Positions 12,195 to 23,800 of a stretch of 64,000 bases of DNA are shown in pieces. Below the pieces are notes generated by a model. It was not told the DNA's origin, did no database searches, and worked only from the letters and a program-made list of their open reading frames with translations. The DNA comes from an uncultured Planctomycetota bacterium. Its GTDB lineage: Bacteria > Planctomycetota > Planctomycetia > Isosphaerales > Isosphaeraceae. The stretch is taken from positions 5,344,001 through 5,408,000 of the forward strand of contig CAVTTN010000002.1 of assembly GCA_963737655.1 (NCBI GenBank), given 5' to 3'. The position numbers and the translations under genes are program-made. Numbering within the stretch: position 1 is the first letter of the stretch; each line of letters starts with the position of its first letter.

Positions 12195-13583
12195 ATGGAT
12201 TCCGCCTCGATCCTCCAGATCCTGCCGTACATCGTCGTGGCCAGCCCGTTCTTGCTGACGGTCGCGCTGGGCCTCTCCTCGATGTTCGAGGTGAAGCTCT
12301 CCGAGGCGACCACCACGAGGCTGGTCTACCTGTCGATCGCCTCGGGGCTGCTCGTGGCGGTGGGCATCCTCGGCTGGATGCTCGCCTCGGGCCAGAGGCA
12401 CATCGTCACCGAGTCGCTGAACTGGGTGGAGATCGAGGGGCAGTACCACTTCCGGATCAAGTTCGTCTTCGACCGCCTGTCGGTCCCGTTCGCGATCCTC
12501 TCGTTCATCCTCTCGGGGACGATCGGCGCGTTCGCGACGAAATACATGCACCGGGAGCGCGGCTTCAATCGCTTCTTCGTGCTGTACGGGATCTTCGTCC
12601 TGGGGATGGTGGTGACGTCCCTGGCCGGGACGATCGAGACGCTGTTCACCGGCTGGGAGCTGGTGGGTCTGTCGTCGGCCCTGCTCGTGGCGTTCTTCCA
12701 GGACCGGCCCAACCCGGCGAGGAACGGCCTGTGGGTCTGGATCGTCTACCGGGTGTCGGACGCCTCGTTGCTCCTGGCGTCGGTGGCGATGCATCACCTG
12801 GTGAAGGGAGAGGGGGATTTCGACCAGATCCTCGGCGCCGGGGTCTGGCCGGCGGAGACCTCGATGGTCACGCCCCTGCATGCCTTGCTGATCGGCCTGT
12901 TGATCCTGGCGGCGGCGGCGGGCAAGTCGGCCCTGGTGCCGTTCTCGGGCTGGCTCCCCCGGGCGATGGAAGGCCCCACGCCGAGCTCGGCCGTGTTCTA
13001 CGGGGCGCTGTCGGTCCACCTCGGGGCGTTCCTGCTGCTCCGGGTCAGCCCCTTGATCGAACGATCGTACATCCTCTGCGGCTTGATCGTGATCCTCGGG
13101 CTGACGACCGCGCTCTTCGCCTATCTCGCCGGGAGCGTGCAGACGGACATCAAGTCCGCGCTGTCGTTCGCGTCGCTCTCCCAGGTCGGGATCATCGTGG
13201 CGGAGATCGGCCTGGGGTTCCGGTACGTGGCCTTGGTCCACCTGCTGGGGCATGCCTGCTTGCGGACGTTGCAGTTCGTCCGGGCGCCGACGCTCCTGCA
13301 AGATTACCGGACGCTGGAGAACGCCATCGGCGGCCGGTTGCCCCGGGCCGGGGCGCCGGTCCGGCGGGTGGCGCAGGCCCGCCAGGAGTGGATCTATCGG
13401 TTCGCCCTGGAGCGCGGCTATCTCGACGCGATCCTGAAAGACTACGTCGTCGGCCCGTTCGTCCGGGCCTTCCGCTGGTGCGACGCCCTGGAACGGCGAT
13501 GGACCGACTTCCTCACCGGCGACCCGTCGCGAGAGTCGGACCAGGTCAAGCCCCACTTCGGCACGATCGAAGAGTTCTCGTGA
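12195..13583 (+). CDS. dabB: NuoL/ND5-like proton-conducting membrane subunit (DabB type)
   Basis: [40 protein letters not shown]; directly after DUF2309 gene. Confidence 0.85.
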   Translation: MDSASILQILPYIVVASPFLLTVALGLSSMFEVKLSEATTTRLVYLSIASGLLVAVGILGWMLASGQRHIVTESLNWVEIEGQYHFRIKFVFDRLSVPFAILSFILSGTIGAFATKYMHRERGFNRFFVLYGIFVLGMVVTSLAGTIETLFTGWELVGLSSALLVAFFQDRPNPARNGLWVWIVYRVSDASLLLASVAMHHLVKGEGDFDQILGAGVWPAETSMVTPLHALLIGLLILAAAAGKSALVPFSGWLPRAMEGPTPSSAVFYGALSVHLGAFLLLRVSPLIERSYILCGLIVILGLTTALFAYLAGSVQTDIKSALSFASLSQVGIIVAEIGLGFRYVALVHLLGHACLRTLQFVRAPTLLQDYRTLENAIGGRLPRAGAPVRRVAQARQEWIYRFALERGYLDAILKDYVVGPFVRAFRWCDALERRWTDFLTGDPSRESDQVKPHFGTIEEFS

Positions 13584-13584
13584 C

Positions 13585-15066
13585 ATGAATGTGTTCAGCC
13601 TGCCCTGGCTCGAGATCGCCATCGCCGTGGCCCTGTTCGGCTCCCCTCTCGTCAGTCGCCTCCGCGACCCGAGGGAGGCGTACCGCTGGGGCGTCGGCCT
13701 GATCGGCGTGTCCTTCGCCGCGACGTTCCTCGCGTGGCTGGCGTTCTACCTCCGCGTCTCGCCGTCGCACTCCGGGCAGTTCAGCGTCCAGCCCCGCCTC
13801 TTCGGCCGGACCCTGTTCGCCCTGGACGAGATCAACGCCCCGCTCGTGCCGGCGGTCGCCCTCCTGCACCTCCTCACGGCGATGGCCACGGCCCGGACCC
13901 ACATGAGGCGGTTCTCGTTCTCCTGGTCGCTGGCGGCCGAGGCCATCCGCCTGGCCACGTTCAGTTGCACGGACCCCCGGGTGCTGATCGCCCTGCTCGC
14001 CGCCTCGACCATCCCCCCCTACGTCGAGCTGCTGATCCGCAAGCGGCCGACCCGGCTCTACGCGATCCACATGGCCGTGTTCGTGGGGTTGCTCGTCCTG
14101 GGCTGGTCGGCCGTCGAGTCCAGCAGCCGGGCGGGAGGCTCGGCGCCGTGGTGGGCGACGCTCCCCTTGATGCTGGCCGTCCTGGTCCGCTGCGGGACGG
14201 TCCCCGCCCACGTCTGGGTGACCGACTGGTTCGAGCACGCGTCGCTGGGGATCGCCATCCTCTACGTGACGCCCCTCAGCGGGGTCTACGCGGCGATCCG
14301 CCTCGTCCTGCCGATCGGCCCGGGGTGGGTCCTCCAGAGTATCAGCGTCCTGTCGCTCGTCACCGCCGTCTATGCCGCCGGGATGGCCACCATCCAGCGC
14401 GACACGCGACGATTCTATGCCAATCTGTTCTTGAGTCATTCGTCGCTGGTGCTGGTGGGCCTGGAGCTGCGGACCGACCTCTCCTTGACGGCCTCGCTCG
14501 CGCTCTGGTTCTCGGTGATCCTCTCGCTCGGGGGCTTCGGCCTGACGATCCGGGCGGTGGAGGCGAGGTTCGGGCGGCTCTCCCTGGCCGAATATCACGG
14601 CCTGTACGAGCATTCGCCCGCCCTGGCCGTCTGCTTCCTGCTCACGGGGCTGGCCTGCGTCGGCTTCCCCGGGACGATCGGCTTCATCTCCACCGAATTG
14701 CTCGTCGATAGCGCCGTCGAGGCGAACCCCTCGATCGGCATCGCCGTGGTGATCGCCGCCGCTTTGAACGGGATCGCGGTCGTCCGCGCGTATTTCCTGC
14801 TGTTCACCGGGACGCGGCACGTGTCGACGGTCTCGCTCGGGGCGGGTCGGAGGGAGCGGATCGCCGTGCTCACGCTCTCGGCCCTGATCCTCGGAGGCGG
14901 CCTGTTCCCCCAGCCCGGGATCGCCACGAGGAAACGGGCCGCCGACGCGATCCTCGAAGACCGCGACCGGCACCGGAAGATCGACCGCCTCGCCGAATCG
15001 CCCGCCCCGGCGACCCCGAAGCCCGAAGTGACCCTGAAGGCCCCGGGCGGGCCCACGAAGCCGTAG
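13585..15066 (+). CDS. NuoM/ND4-like proton-conducting membrane protein (divergent)
   Basis: Multi-TM; LDEIN, PAHVW, GVYAAIRL, GFPGTIGF motifs; starts 1 nt after dabB stop. Confidence 0.8.
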   Translation: MNVFSLPWLEIAIAVALFGSPLVSRLRDPREAYRWGVGLIGVSFAATFLAWLAFYLRVSPSHSGQFSVQPRLFGRTLFALDEINAPLVPAVALLHLLTAMATARTHMRRFSFSWSLAAEAIRLATFSCTDPRVLIALLAASTIPPYVELLIRKRPTRLYAIHMAVFVGLLVLGWSAVESSSRAGGSAPWWATLPLMLAVLVRCGTVPAHVWVTDWFEHASLGIAILYVTPLSGVYAAIRLVLPIGPGWVLQSISVLSLVTAVYAAGMATIQRDTRRFYANLFLSHSSLVLVGLELRTDLSLTASLALWFSVILSLGGFGLTIRAVEARFGRLSLAEYHGLYEHSPALAVCFLLTGLACVGFPGTIGFISTELLVDSAVEANPSIGIAVVIAAALNGIAVVRAYFLLFTGTRHVSTVSLGAGRRERIAVLTLSALILGGGLFPQPGIATRKRAADAILEDRDRHRKIDRLAESPAPATPKPEVTLKAPGGPTKP

Positions 15067-15415
15067 CTCCTCCCCCCCGATCCTCTCTCGGGATTCGGGA
15101 GATCGCTCCTTCGGGTGCCCCCCGTCCTCGAACCGGGGCGGCGCGGCCGCAAGAGGCCCGGCGTTCGAGCAGCCTGGTCTGGCGTTTCGGCCTCCGGTCG
15201 CTCCGCGACCCCGGTTCGGGGACCGGGGGCACCCGAGATCGCGGCAACCCGAGCCGGGACGTCGGAAGACCCGAGCGATCCTCCCGGACCCGGCATTCCC
15301 GATCCGAGGCGCCGCCTCCCCGGTGCGTCCGGCGCTCGGGTCGATTATTCTGGTCCGATCCGCCCTTCGGCCTCGCATCGGATCGACTCGAATCGACCCC
15401 CAGGACTCACCGAAC

Positions 15416-17302
15416 ATGACCCGTCGCCGACCTCCCTTCCCCCTGGTCCTCGCCCTGCTCCTGTTCGCCCCGTTCGTTCCGGCCCGCTCGGCCAAGGCCC
15501 AGGGCCTGGAATATGTGAAAGCCAATTACACCAAATACGAATACAAGATCCCGATGAGAGACGGCGTCCACCTCTTCACGGCCGTGTACGTGCCCAAGGA
15601 CACGTCCAAGACCTACCCGATCGTCATGAACCGCACCCCGTACAGCGTGGGCCCTTACGGAGTCGATCGCTACCGCGAGAACCTCGGGCCGTCCCACCTC
15701 TTCGGCAAGGCGGGATACATCGTCGCCTACCAGGACGTCCGCGGCCGGTACATGTCCGAGGGCACCTTCATCGACATGAGGCCGCAGAAGCCCGACAAGG
15801 CCGGCAAGGAGATCGACGAGAGCAGCGACACGTACGACACCATCGACTGGCTGGTCAAGAACGTCTCGGGCAACAATGGGAAGGTCGGGACCTGGGGCAT
15901 CTCCTATCCGGGATACTACGCGGCGGCGACGATGATCGACGCCCACCCGGCGCTCAAGGCCGCGTCGCCCCAGGCCCCCCTGGTCGATTGGTTCCTCGGC
16001 GACGACGTCCACCACAACGGCGCGTTCTTCCTCCACCAGACGTTCAACTTCGACGCCATGTTCGGCGTCCCCCGCCCCGAGCCCACCGCCAAGCACGCCG
16101 CCCGGTTCGAGCACGGGACGCCCGACGCCTACAAGTTCTTCCTCGAGCTCGGCCCGCTCTCCAAGGCCGACGAGGTCCATTTCAAGGGCCAGCGCGCCTT
16201 CTGGCTCGACGAGATGAACCACCCGAACTACGACTCGTTCTGGAAGGGGATGGCCCTCTGGCCCCACTTCAAGGACACGAAGCCGGCCGTGATGACCGTG
16301 GGCGGCTGGTTCGACGCCGAGGACCTCTTCGGCCCCCTCAAGACGTTCGCCACCGTCGAGGCCAATCGGCCGAAGTCCGACAACATCCTGGTGATGGGCC
16401 CGTGGGTCCACGGCGGCTGGAGCCGGGGCGACGGCGAATCCCTCGGCCTGGTCAACTTCGCCTCCAAGACCGGCGAGTTCTACCGCGAACACATCGAATT
16501 CCCGTTCTTCGAGCACTTCCTCAAGGGCAAGCCCGACTGGGCCCCGACCAAGGCCTGGGTTTTTGAGACCGGCAAGAACGAGTGGCACAAGCTCGACGCC
16601 TGGCCGCCGAAGGACGCGAAGAAGAAGAGTCTCTATCTCCTCCCCGGGGGCAAGCTCGGATTCGACGCCCCGAGCAAGGCCGACGACGACGGCTTCGACG
16701 CGTACCCGAGCGACCCGGCCCATCCCGTCCCCTACACCGCCACGATCGCCCCCGATTATCCCCAGGCGTTCATGGTCGAGGACCAGAGGTTTGCGTCGAG
16801 GAGGCCGGACGTCGCGACGTATCAGACCGACCCCCTGACCGAAGACCTGACCGTCGCCGGGCCGATCGCCGCGAGCCTCCACGTGGCGACCTCGGGCACC
16901 GATTCCGACTGGGTCGTCAAGCTGATCGACGTCTACCCCGACGACTTCCCCGACCCCCAGCCCAATCCGATGAGCGTCCACATGGGCGGCTATGAACAAC
17001 TGATCCGCTGGGACGTGATGCGAGGGCGGTTCCGCAACAGCTTCGAATCGCCCGAGCCGTTCGAGCCGAACAAGCCGACGCTCGTCCCGATGGCCATCCC
17101 CGATACGTATCACACCTTCCGAACCGGCCATCGCGTGATGGTCCAGATCCAGAGCAGCCTGTTCCCGATGGTCGATCGCAACCCGCAGACGTTCGTCGAG
17201 AACATCTACAAGGCCAAGGCCGGCGACTTCCGCAAGGCCGAGCAGCGCGTCTATCGGTCGCCCGACCACGCCTCGAAGCTGGAGCTGCGCATCCTCCCCT
17301 GA
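15416..17302 (+). CDS. CocE/NonD family hydrolase (secreted)
   Basis: Signal peptide, IPMRDGVHL, RTPY, QDVRGR, GISYPG nucleophile, GGWFDAED, MGPWVHG. Confidence 0.92.
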   Translation: MTRRRPPFPLVLALLLFAPFVPARSAKAQGLEYVKANYTKYEYKIPMRDGVHLFTAVYVPKDTSKTYPIVMNRTPYSVGPYGVDRYRENLGPSHLFGKAGYIVAYQDVRGRYMSEGTFIDMRPQKPDKAGKEIDESSDTYDTIDWLVKNVSGNNGKVGTWGISYPGYYAAATMIDAHPALKAASPQAPLVDWFLGDDVHHNGAFFLHQTFNFDAMFGVPRPEPTAKHAARFEHGTPDAYKFFLELGPLSKADEVHFKGQRAFWLDEMNHPNYDSFWKGMALWPHFKDTKPAVMTVGGWFDAEDLFGPLKTFATVEANRPKSDNILVMGPWVHGGWSRGDGESLGLVNFASKTGEFYREHIEFPFFEHFLKGKPDWAPTKAWVFETGKNEWHKLDAWPPKDAKKKSLYLLPGGKLGFDAPSKADDDGFDAYPSDPAHPVPYTATIAPDYPQAFMVEDQRFASRRPDVATYQTDPLTEDLTVAGPIAASLHVATSGTDSDWVVKLIDVYPDDFPDPQPNPMSVHMGGYEQLIRWDVMRGRFRNSFESPEPFEPNKPTLVPMAIPDTYHTFRTGHRVMVQIQSSLFPMVDRNPQTFVENIYKAKAGDFRKAEQRVYRSPDHASKLELRILP

Positions 17303-17371
17303 CGACCCCGAGGGCGGCGGCCGGGCTTCGACGCTTCACGGAGGACTCGCCCTCCCGCCGCCCTCGGCGTT

Positions 17372-20300
17372 CTACTCCCGGCTCACGGCCCTCGAGGCGA
17401 GGGCCAGGAGCTTCCCGGCGCGGTCGGGGTGCCTGGGGAGGAGCCGGAGGTAGACCAGGGTGATCGAGGCCAGCGTGTCGGGGCGGTCCGCGGCGAGTTC
17501 GGTGGCGCGTTCGAGGTCGGCCAGGGCCTGGTCGTCCTTGCCGAGCCGGGCGAGGGCCGAGGCGCGGCCGAGGATCGCCGAGGGGTCGTCGGGGTCGATC
17601 GCCACGACCCGGTTCCACTCGGCCAGGGCTTCTCGGGGCCGTCCCAGGCCGTCCAGGGCGAGGGCCCGGGGGCGGTGAAGCCGGTTCGATCCGCCGGTCT
17701 GGAACGCGCGATCGATCCCGGCGAGGGCCTCCGCGGCCCGGCCCTCGTCCAGGTCGATCTCGGCGCGGAGGCCCAGCAACCTCGGGTCGTCGGGTTCCAG
17801 GGCGAGCCCCCGGGCGACGTCGGCCGAGGCGCCGGCGTGGTCGCCTCGCTCGCGGCGGACCCTCGCGCGGATCATCAACGACCGGGCCGAGTTCGGGTTG
17901 GCCTCGACGGCCCGGCTCGCCTCGGTCTCGGCCGAGGGATCGCGCAGGGCGGCGAGGATCACGGCCCGGGTCGCCTCGGCGGCGTTGCCCCGACCGCGGA
18001 GCCTCTCGGCCGCGACCCGGAGGTCGGCCCTCAGAGGGCCCGCCCGGCCCGGGAGGCGGCGGAGGTCGGCCGGGTCGTCGAAGCTCAGCGAGTCCACCGC
18101 CCCGATCGCCAGCAACGCCCGGTCGTGGAGCCTCCGCCGACGGGGGGTCGGGTCGAGTCGGAGAGCCTCCGCCGAGTCGCTCTCGGCCGGGCCCGGCTGG
18201 TTCAGGGCCAGGAACGCCAGGGCCCGGAGCGTCCGGGCCTCGACGTCCCGGGGCGAACGCTCCAGGACGCAGCCCAGGTCCGACATCGCCGCCTCGGGAT
18301 GCCCCGACCGCAACGCCAGGTGGGCCCGGCCCAGGCGGGGCAGAGGGTCGGCCGGGTCGGCCCGGATCAGGGCGTCGTAGGCCGCTCGGGCGTCGGCCTC
18401 CCGGCCCGAATCGGCGTCGAGCTTCGCCCGGTTCAGACGCGCCGCCAACGCGTAATTGCCGGCCCCGGACGAACTCAAGACCGCGTCATAGGCCGCACGG
18501 GCCCCGCTGGTGTCCCCCAGCGATTGCAGGACCCGTCCCAGCTCCAACTGGGCCGCCACGAATTCGCCCTCGGCGTTCTCCAACGCCCGCAAGTACTCCT
18601 CCCTGCGCGGCCCCAATCGCCTTTTTTGGCGAAAAGCCAGCCCCGATGGTAGCGGGCCGAGGGATGACCCGGGCGGAGCTCGACGGCCGCCGTGAAGTGC
18701 TCCAGGGCCTTGTCGAACCAGCCCGGATCGGTCCGGCCCGCCTGGAATTCCTGGTAGGCAACGTCGAATTCGATCCAGAAGACGCCCACGGCCAGCCCGG
18801 CGGCGCGGTCGAGCCAGCCCACGGCCCGCCTCGGGTCGCCGCGATCGACCAGGAGGCGAATCCGGCCCCACTGGTAGCACGGCCAGGCCTCGGCGATCGA
18901 GGAGGCCGGCGGCGGGGCGATCTCCCGGAGCGTCCGGCCGTTCTGGCGGGCCTGGGCGAACGTTTTCAAGGCGAGCCAGGGGCCTTCGGGCCGGGCGAAC
19001 CTCAACGCCTTGTCGCAGAGGTCCGCCGCCCGGCCCGCCGAGTCGCGATCGCCCGAGCCGGCGAGGGCCAGGGCCTTGAGGAAGAGCAATTCGGTGACGT
19101 CGCCGATCAACCGATCGCGACGCTTCTTGTCCAGGGTCGCCAGGTCCGGCCGACCGGTCCAGTCGTCGCTCTCCAGGACGAAGAACGGGGCGAGGGCCTC
19201 CTCCAGCGAGGGCCCCGGGTCCGGCCGGTCGGCGTCGAACCCCAGGAGCCGGAATCGGAGCGCCTCGGAGGCGCCGAAAAACGTCTCGACGTCTTTCAAG
19301 AGGGCCGAGCTCTGCTCGGCGGCCCGGCGGCGGTGCCGGGCCCGCCTCCCCTCGGCGGCCAGGGCCGGGACGTCCTCGGCCAGCGCCTCGGCCGTGGCGA
19401 AGTGCTCGGCGGCCAGGTCGTACCGTTCCGCCTTCTCGGCCGCGTCCCCCTCGACGATCTGCTCGCGGATCGTCCCGCGTTGATGCTCCAGGTTCACCCG
19501 GTTGTTCATCCAGAGCGAGCCCGTGGTGGCCACGGCGATCATGACCGAGGCGGCCACGGCGAGCTCGACCTTCTGGCGACGGAGCCAGCCCAGGACCCGC
19601 CGGGCCCGGGGTCCCGGGCGAACGGCAACGGCGCATCATCGGCCACGGCCTGGAGATCGGCCGCGAGTTCCCCGGCGTTGGCATAGCGGTCGTCCGGCGC
19701 AGGCGCCAGGCACCGGGCCACGACCACATCCAGGGCCGGCGGGGCCTCGGGGAACGCCTCGCGGAGCCGAGGAGGCCGGAGACGGCGATCCTCGGCCGCC
19801 CTCAGGAGGACTTCCCGGACCGACCTCCCGGACGGCATCGGCCCGAACGGCCGTTCCCCCATCGCCTCGAACAGGACCACGCCCAGGGCATAGAGATCCG
19901 ACCGGGCATCGACCGCCTCGGGCCGTCCTTCGGCCAGGGCGTCGAGGTGCTCCGGCGACATGTAGGCGACCGTCCCGCCCAGGGTCGTCGGCGCGGCCTC
20001 GGGGTCGTCTCCCAGGGGTTCGTGGGCGAGGTTGAAGTCCAGGAGCATCGGCATGCCGTCGCCGGTCACCAGGACGTTGCTCGGCTTGATGTCGCGATGG
20101 AGGACGCCCCGATCGTGGGCATGCTGGAGCGCCTCGGCCAGCCGGGCGCCCCACCAGGCGATCGCTCGGGCATAGGGCCGGGCGCCCAGGGCCTGACGCC
20201 CCGCCGGCCGGGACGAGACCGAGGGGCCGTCGCGGTCCAGGCGGTCCAGGGCCGCGACGAGCTCCGAGCCCGATCGGGCCGTCTTCACCGCCGGATCGGC

Positions 20301-21034
20301 AAGGATGTGCGCGAGCGTGACCCTGCCGAAATAGGGCATGCAGAGCAGGTGCAGGCCCGTGGCCGGGTCGATCCCGTAGGAGTGGACTGGCACGATATGC
20401 GTATGTTGCAACCGAGCCAGGGTTTGCGGCTCCCGAGACCCGGCCCTCGCCACCTTCAACGCCACCGGGCGATCGGCCAGTTGCCGCTCCCGGGCCCGGA
20501 AGACCCGGGCGAATCCGCCCCGGCCGAGCTCGTCTTCCAGGTGGAAGCCGGCAATGGTTTGCCCAACTTCCGGGAACGGCACGTCGGGTACCGCCGAGCC
20601 GCCTCCCGGGATGTGCGAGGCCGTCGAGCTCGGCCCCGAGCCGATGAGCTCGTGGATCTCCAGGACCCTTCGGAGCGACGCCGAGACGTCCGGGAACCGC
20701 TTGAGGAACCCGCCGAGCGAGGGGGCCTCGCCGCGCTCCTCGCGCAGGCAGAATTCTTCGTAAATCAGGGCGACGAAGGCATCTTCGGCGAGTCCCGGGA
20801 TCGCCTCGCGATACCATTCGGCCGGGGTCCGGTCGCCGCTGTCCCAGCGGAGGGCCAGGTCGGTGCGGAGGACGGCCAGGAGCTCTCCGGGGGAGGCGTC
20901 TCGGAGGAATTCGCGGACGTCCGGCCGGCTCTTCGCGGGGCACCGCCGCCATTCCGACTCGAACTGGCGGGCCCGGAGGTGGGCGCCGGGGGTCGAGGCC
21001 TCGTCCCAGGACCGGGGGCTCGGAGGACGCTCAT
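17372..21034 (-). CDS. Ser/Thr protein kinase with TM and C-terminal TPRs (three frameshifts: ~21015, ~19610, ~18605)
   Basis: LGRGGFARV, VALK, HRDIKPSN, LLDFNLA, YMSPE; ATG 21034 just after the ECF stop; TPR ORFs 18475-19557 and 17372-19729. Confidence 0.8.
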
Positions 21035-21037
21035 CGA

Positions 21038-21661
21038 TCAGCCCTCCAGCTCCGCCTCGGCCCGGCGGCGGAGATCTTCCAGGACGCGCTGGACGGTCCG
21101 CTCGCTGATCCCCAGCCGGTCGCCGATTTCCCGGCTGGAGAGCCCCTGGGCCTTCAATTCGAGCAACTGGCGGCGGTCTTCGGGCAAAAGATCGCGCAGT
21201 CGGCCGAAGACTTCCCGGGCCTCGGCCACCTGACTCGGGGTATCGCCGGTGGCGGCGAGGTCTCGGGGGCGGTCGCCTTCGGCCCAGAGGGGTTCCTCGC
21301 GGTGCATGTCGGCCTTGCGGCTGCCGGCCCGGCGGTACTCGTCGATCACCTTGTTCTTGGCCGCCCGGGCGAGGAAGGCGACGAGGTGCCGCGAGTCCTC
21401 GAACTCCGCCGGCTCGCGGCGGACCTTCCGAAAGAAGCTGCCCCAAACGCTCTGGAGGAAATCCAACGAGTCGAACCGCGACCGCAACAGCCGGGGCAAC
21501 TGGCGGCGGACGACCAGGCGGACCTCGGGCTCGTAGCGGATCAGGAGCTCTCGGGCGGCCTCGTCGTCGCCGTCGGCGATCCGTTGGAGGAACCCGGCGA
21601 GGTCCGGGTCGATCTCATTCTCGCTCTGGCTGCCGTCCGTGGGCAAGTCGCCGACCGGCAT
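21038..21661 (-). CDS. ECF-type RNA polymerase sigma factor
   Basis: GDDEAARELL, DFLQSVWGSFF, NKVIDEYRR, region 4 GLSSREIGDRLGISERTVQR. Confidence 0.88.
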   Translation of the reverse strand: MPVGDLPTDGSQSENEIDPDLAGFLQRIADGDDEAARELLIRYEPEVRLVVRRQLPRLLRSRFDSLDFLQSVWGSFFRKVRREPAEFEDSRHLVAFLARAAKNKVIDEYRRAGSRKADMHREEPLWAEGDRPRDLAATGDTPSQVAEAREVFGRLRDLLPEDRRQLLELKAQGLSSREIGDRLGISERTVQRVLEDLRRRAEAELEG

Positions 21662-21795
21662 GGTCTGGCCTCCTGGCTCGAATCGCGAGGGGCGTCGTCC
21701 GCACCCTCGGAGCCAGATTACCGGCCCCGAGGCCCCCTTGGCAAGCCGTCGGAGGCCGGGAGCCGGCCATTTCGTTCTCGGTGGGCTTTCGGCCG

Positions 21796-21889
21796 GAAGC
21801 CTTTTGGTTGGCACGGGTTCCGTCTTCGGAATCCGTGAGGACTATCCCCCGGATTCCGAAGACGGAACCCGTGCCAACCAAAAGGCTTC
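21796..21889. repeat. Perfect 40-bp inverted repeat (CGTCTTCG-core family)
   Basis: 21796-21835 is the exact reverse complement of 21850-21889; 14-nt loop. Confidence 0.9.
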
Positions 21890-22037
21890 GGAAGAATCTT
21901 CCACCGAGAATGGGTCGGCCCTGGAGGCCGGGAGCCGGGGCGTTTCTATCGCGACGGAGGGTCCCTCGGACACGTCTTGGGTGGCCTGCTGACGAGGACG
22001 TCAGCAGGCCGCGCGACAATGCGAGAGGGACAGGCCA

Positions 22038-23030
22038 CTAACCGGCCGTCACGCGGTTTCGGCCGTCCTGCTTGGACTGATACAGGGCCCGGTCGGCCTC
22101 GGCGATCAGGCCTTCGGGCGAGGCGGTCTCCGGCCCCACGGTGGCCACGCCGAAGCTCGCGGTGATCGGCCGGGCCAGGCCGTCGAGGTCGGCCACGGCC
22201 TGGCGGAGCCTCTGGGCCACGGCCACGGCCTCGGCGAGACCGGCGCCGGGGAGGATCACGGCGAATTCCTCGCCACCGAAGCGGGTGACGGCGTCGGCCT
22301 TGCGGGCGCCGTCGCTCAGGGCCTTCGCCGCGGCCTTCAGGGCGAGGTCCCCGGCGGAGTGGCCGAACTCGTCGTTGAGCCTCTTGAAGTGGTCCAGGTC
22401 CACCAGGATCAGCGACAGCCGCTCGCCTCGACGCTTCGACCGGACGAAGGCCGAGGCCAGCGCCTGGTCGAACGCCCGACGGTTGCCCACGCCGGTCAGG
22501 CCGTCTACCGCCGCGCTGCGGGCCAGCGAGGCATTGGCCGCCTCCAGCTCGTCATTGAGGCGATGGGCCAGGGCGAGCTGCTCGGCCAGGAGGTCCTCCA
22601 GGATCTTACGCTCGGTGATGTCCTCGTGGGAGACGACGACCCGCCTCGGGCCGTCCCAACGCAGGGGGGTCATCCGGGCGAGGAACCAGTGGAGGCCGTC
22701 GGAACACGCGCAGGGGTATTCCACCTGCCCGGCCTGGGACCGTCCGTCGAGGATCGCGCGGATACTCTCGGCGATCGATTGAGCGTAAACGCGATCATCG
22801 CCGTGTGTTGCGTCGCAGACATCGAGGTAATTGCAACCGAGGAAACGGTCGTCCCGCTCGTCCGGCACGTCGCGATCGAACTCGCGCCAGGCCCGGTTCA
22901 CGGCGACGATCGTCCCGGTCTCGTCGAGCAGGACGACCTCGGCCATCAGCGAATCGAGCAGGGCCTGGGCCAGCCTGGCCCCCCCTCCCCGGCCTTTCCG
23001 AGTCCTCCTGGCCATCGCTCCATTCATCAC
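22038..23030 (-). CDS. PAS + GGDEF diguanylate cyclase
   Basis: PAS-like N-terminus, DGLTGVGNRR, DLDHFKRLND, RFGGEEF, ADRALY. Confidence 0.92.
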   Translation of the reverse strand: MMNGAMARRTRKGRGGGARLAQALLDSLMAEVVLLDETGTIVAVNRAWREFDRDVPDERDDRFLGCNYLDVCDATHGDDRVYAQSIAESIRAILDGRSQAGQVEYPCACSDGLHWFLARMTPLRWDGPRRVVVSHEDITERKILEDLLAEQLALAHRLNDELEAANASLARSAAVDGLTGVGNRRAFDQALASAFVRSKRRGERLSLILVDLDHFKRLNDEFGHSAGDLALKAAAKALSDGARKADAVTRFGGEEFAVILPGAGLAEAVAVAQRLRQAVADLDGLARPITASFGVATVGPETASPEGLIAEADRALYQSKQDGRNRVTAG

Positions 23031-23219
23031 CGTCGGCCCCGGTTGCGGGCATCGGACGGCGATCGGGGGCCTGTGTCCGATCCTCCGGACGGGCTGCCCG
23101 CCCGAACCCCGATCTCCGGCCGCGGATGTCCCGCCGAGGAAAATCTAGCTCCAGGATGGATGTCCGGGAGGCGTCTAGCGTTAGATCCTCTCGCCTTTGA
23201 CGGCTTTCGGTCGGCCCGA

Positions 23220-23786
23220 TCAGGCGGTCTCGTGCTTGCCCAGGGGGGACTCGGGGGCCAGGCGGTCGCGGCCGTGGGCTTCCTGGTCGTCGTCGTGCTC
23301 GTCGGCGGTCATCTCGTCCATGACGGGGTTGACCCCCTCGCCCATCTCCTCGACGAGCTTGCCGCCGAGCCACGCGGTATAGAGCGAGAGCCCGCCTCCG
23401 GCCATCGCCAGGAGCCGCGAGGCCGCGCTCGCCGGCCGCCCTCGCTGGTGGTCGCGCACCCGCATCACGTAGCTCGTGACGAACAGGGTGCCGACGACCG
23501 AGTTGCCCAGCGCATGGGTGGTGGCAACCTCGTGGCTCGGGCGGTCTACGGGGATCTTGCTGTAATCGTAAAGCCCCGTGACGGCGGACCCCGCGGCGCC
23601 CACCAGCCCCACGGCCAGGCTCAGCCGGGCCGCGTCGTCGTATTTCTTCTCGCCGGTGATCATCGCCAGGCCGTCGCAGACGTTGCTGAACGACCAGGCC
23701 CCCAGAGGCAACGCCACGATCGCCGGATGCGGGCTGTGGCCGAGCAAGTCGTAAGTCTTTTTCACCAAAAGCGAGATCGGGTCCAT
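23220..23786 (-). CDS. DUF2231 family membrane protein
   Basis: HPAIVALPLG, TGLYDY, HALGN, WLGGKLV. Confidence 0.75.
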   Translation of the reverse strand: MDPISLLVKKTYDLLGHSPHPAIVALPLGAWSFSNVCDGLAMITGEKKYDDAARLSLAVGLVGAAGSAVTGLYDYSKIPVDRPSHEVATTHALGNSVVGTLFVTSYVMRVRDHQRGRPASAASRLLAMAGGGLSLYTAWLGGKLVEEMGEGVNPVMDEMTADEHDDDQEAHGRDRLAPESPLGKHETA

Positions 23787-23800
23787 CGAAGAAGCTCTCC

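Noticed and set aside
12195..15066. Respiratory complex I or Mrp operon
   Set aside because: No other nuo/mrp subunits; linkage to DUF2309 indicates a DAB-type system.
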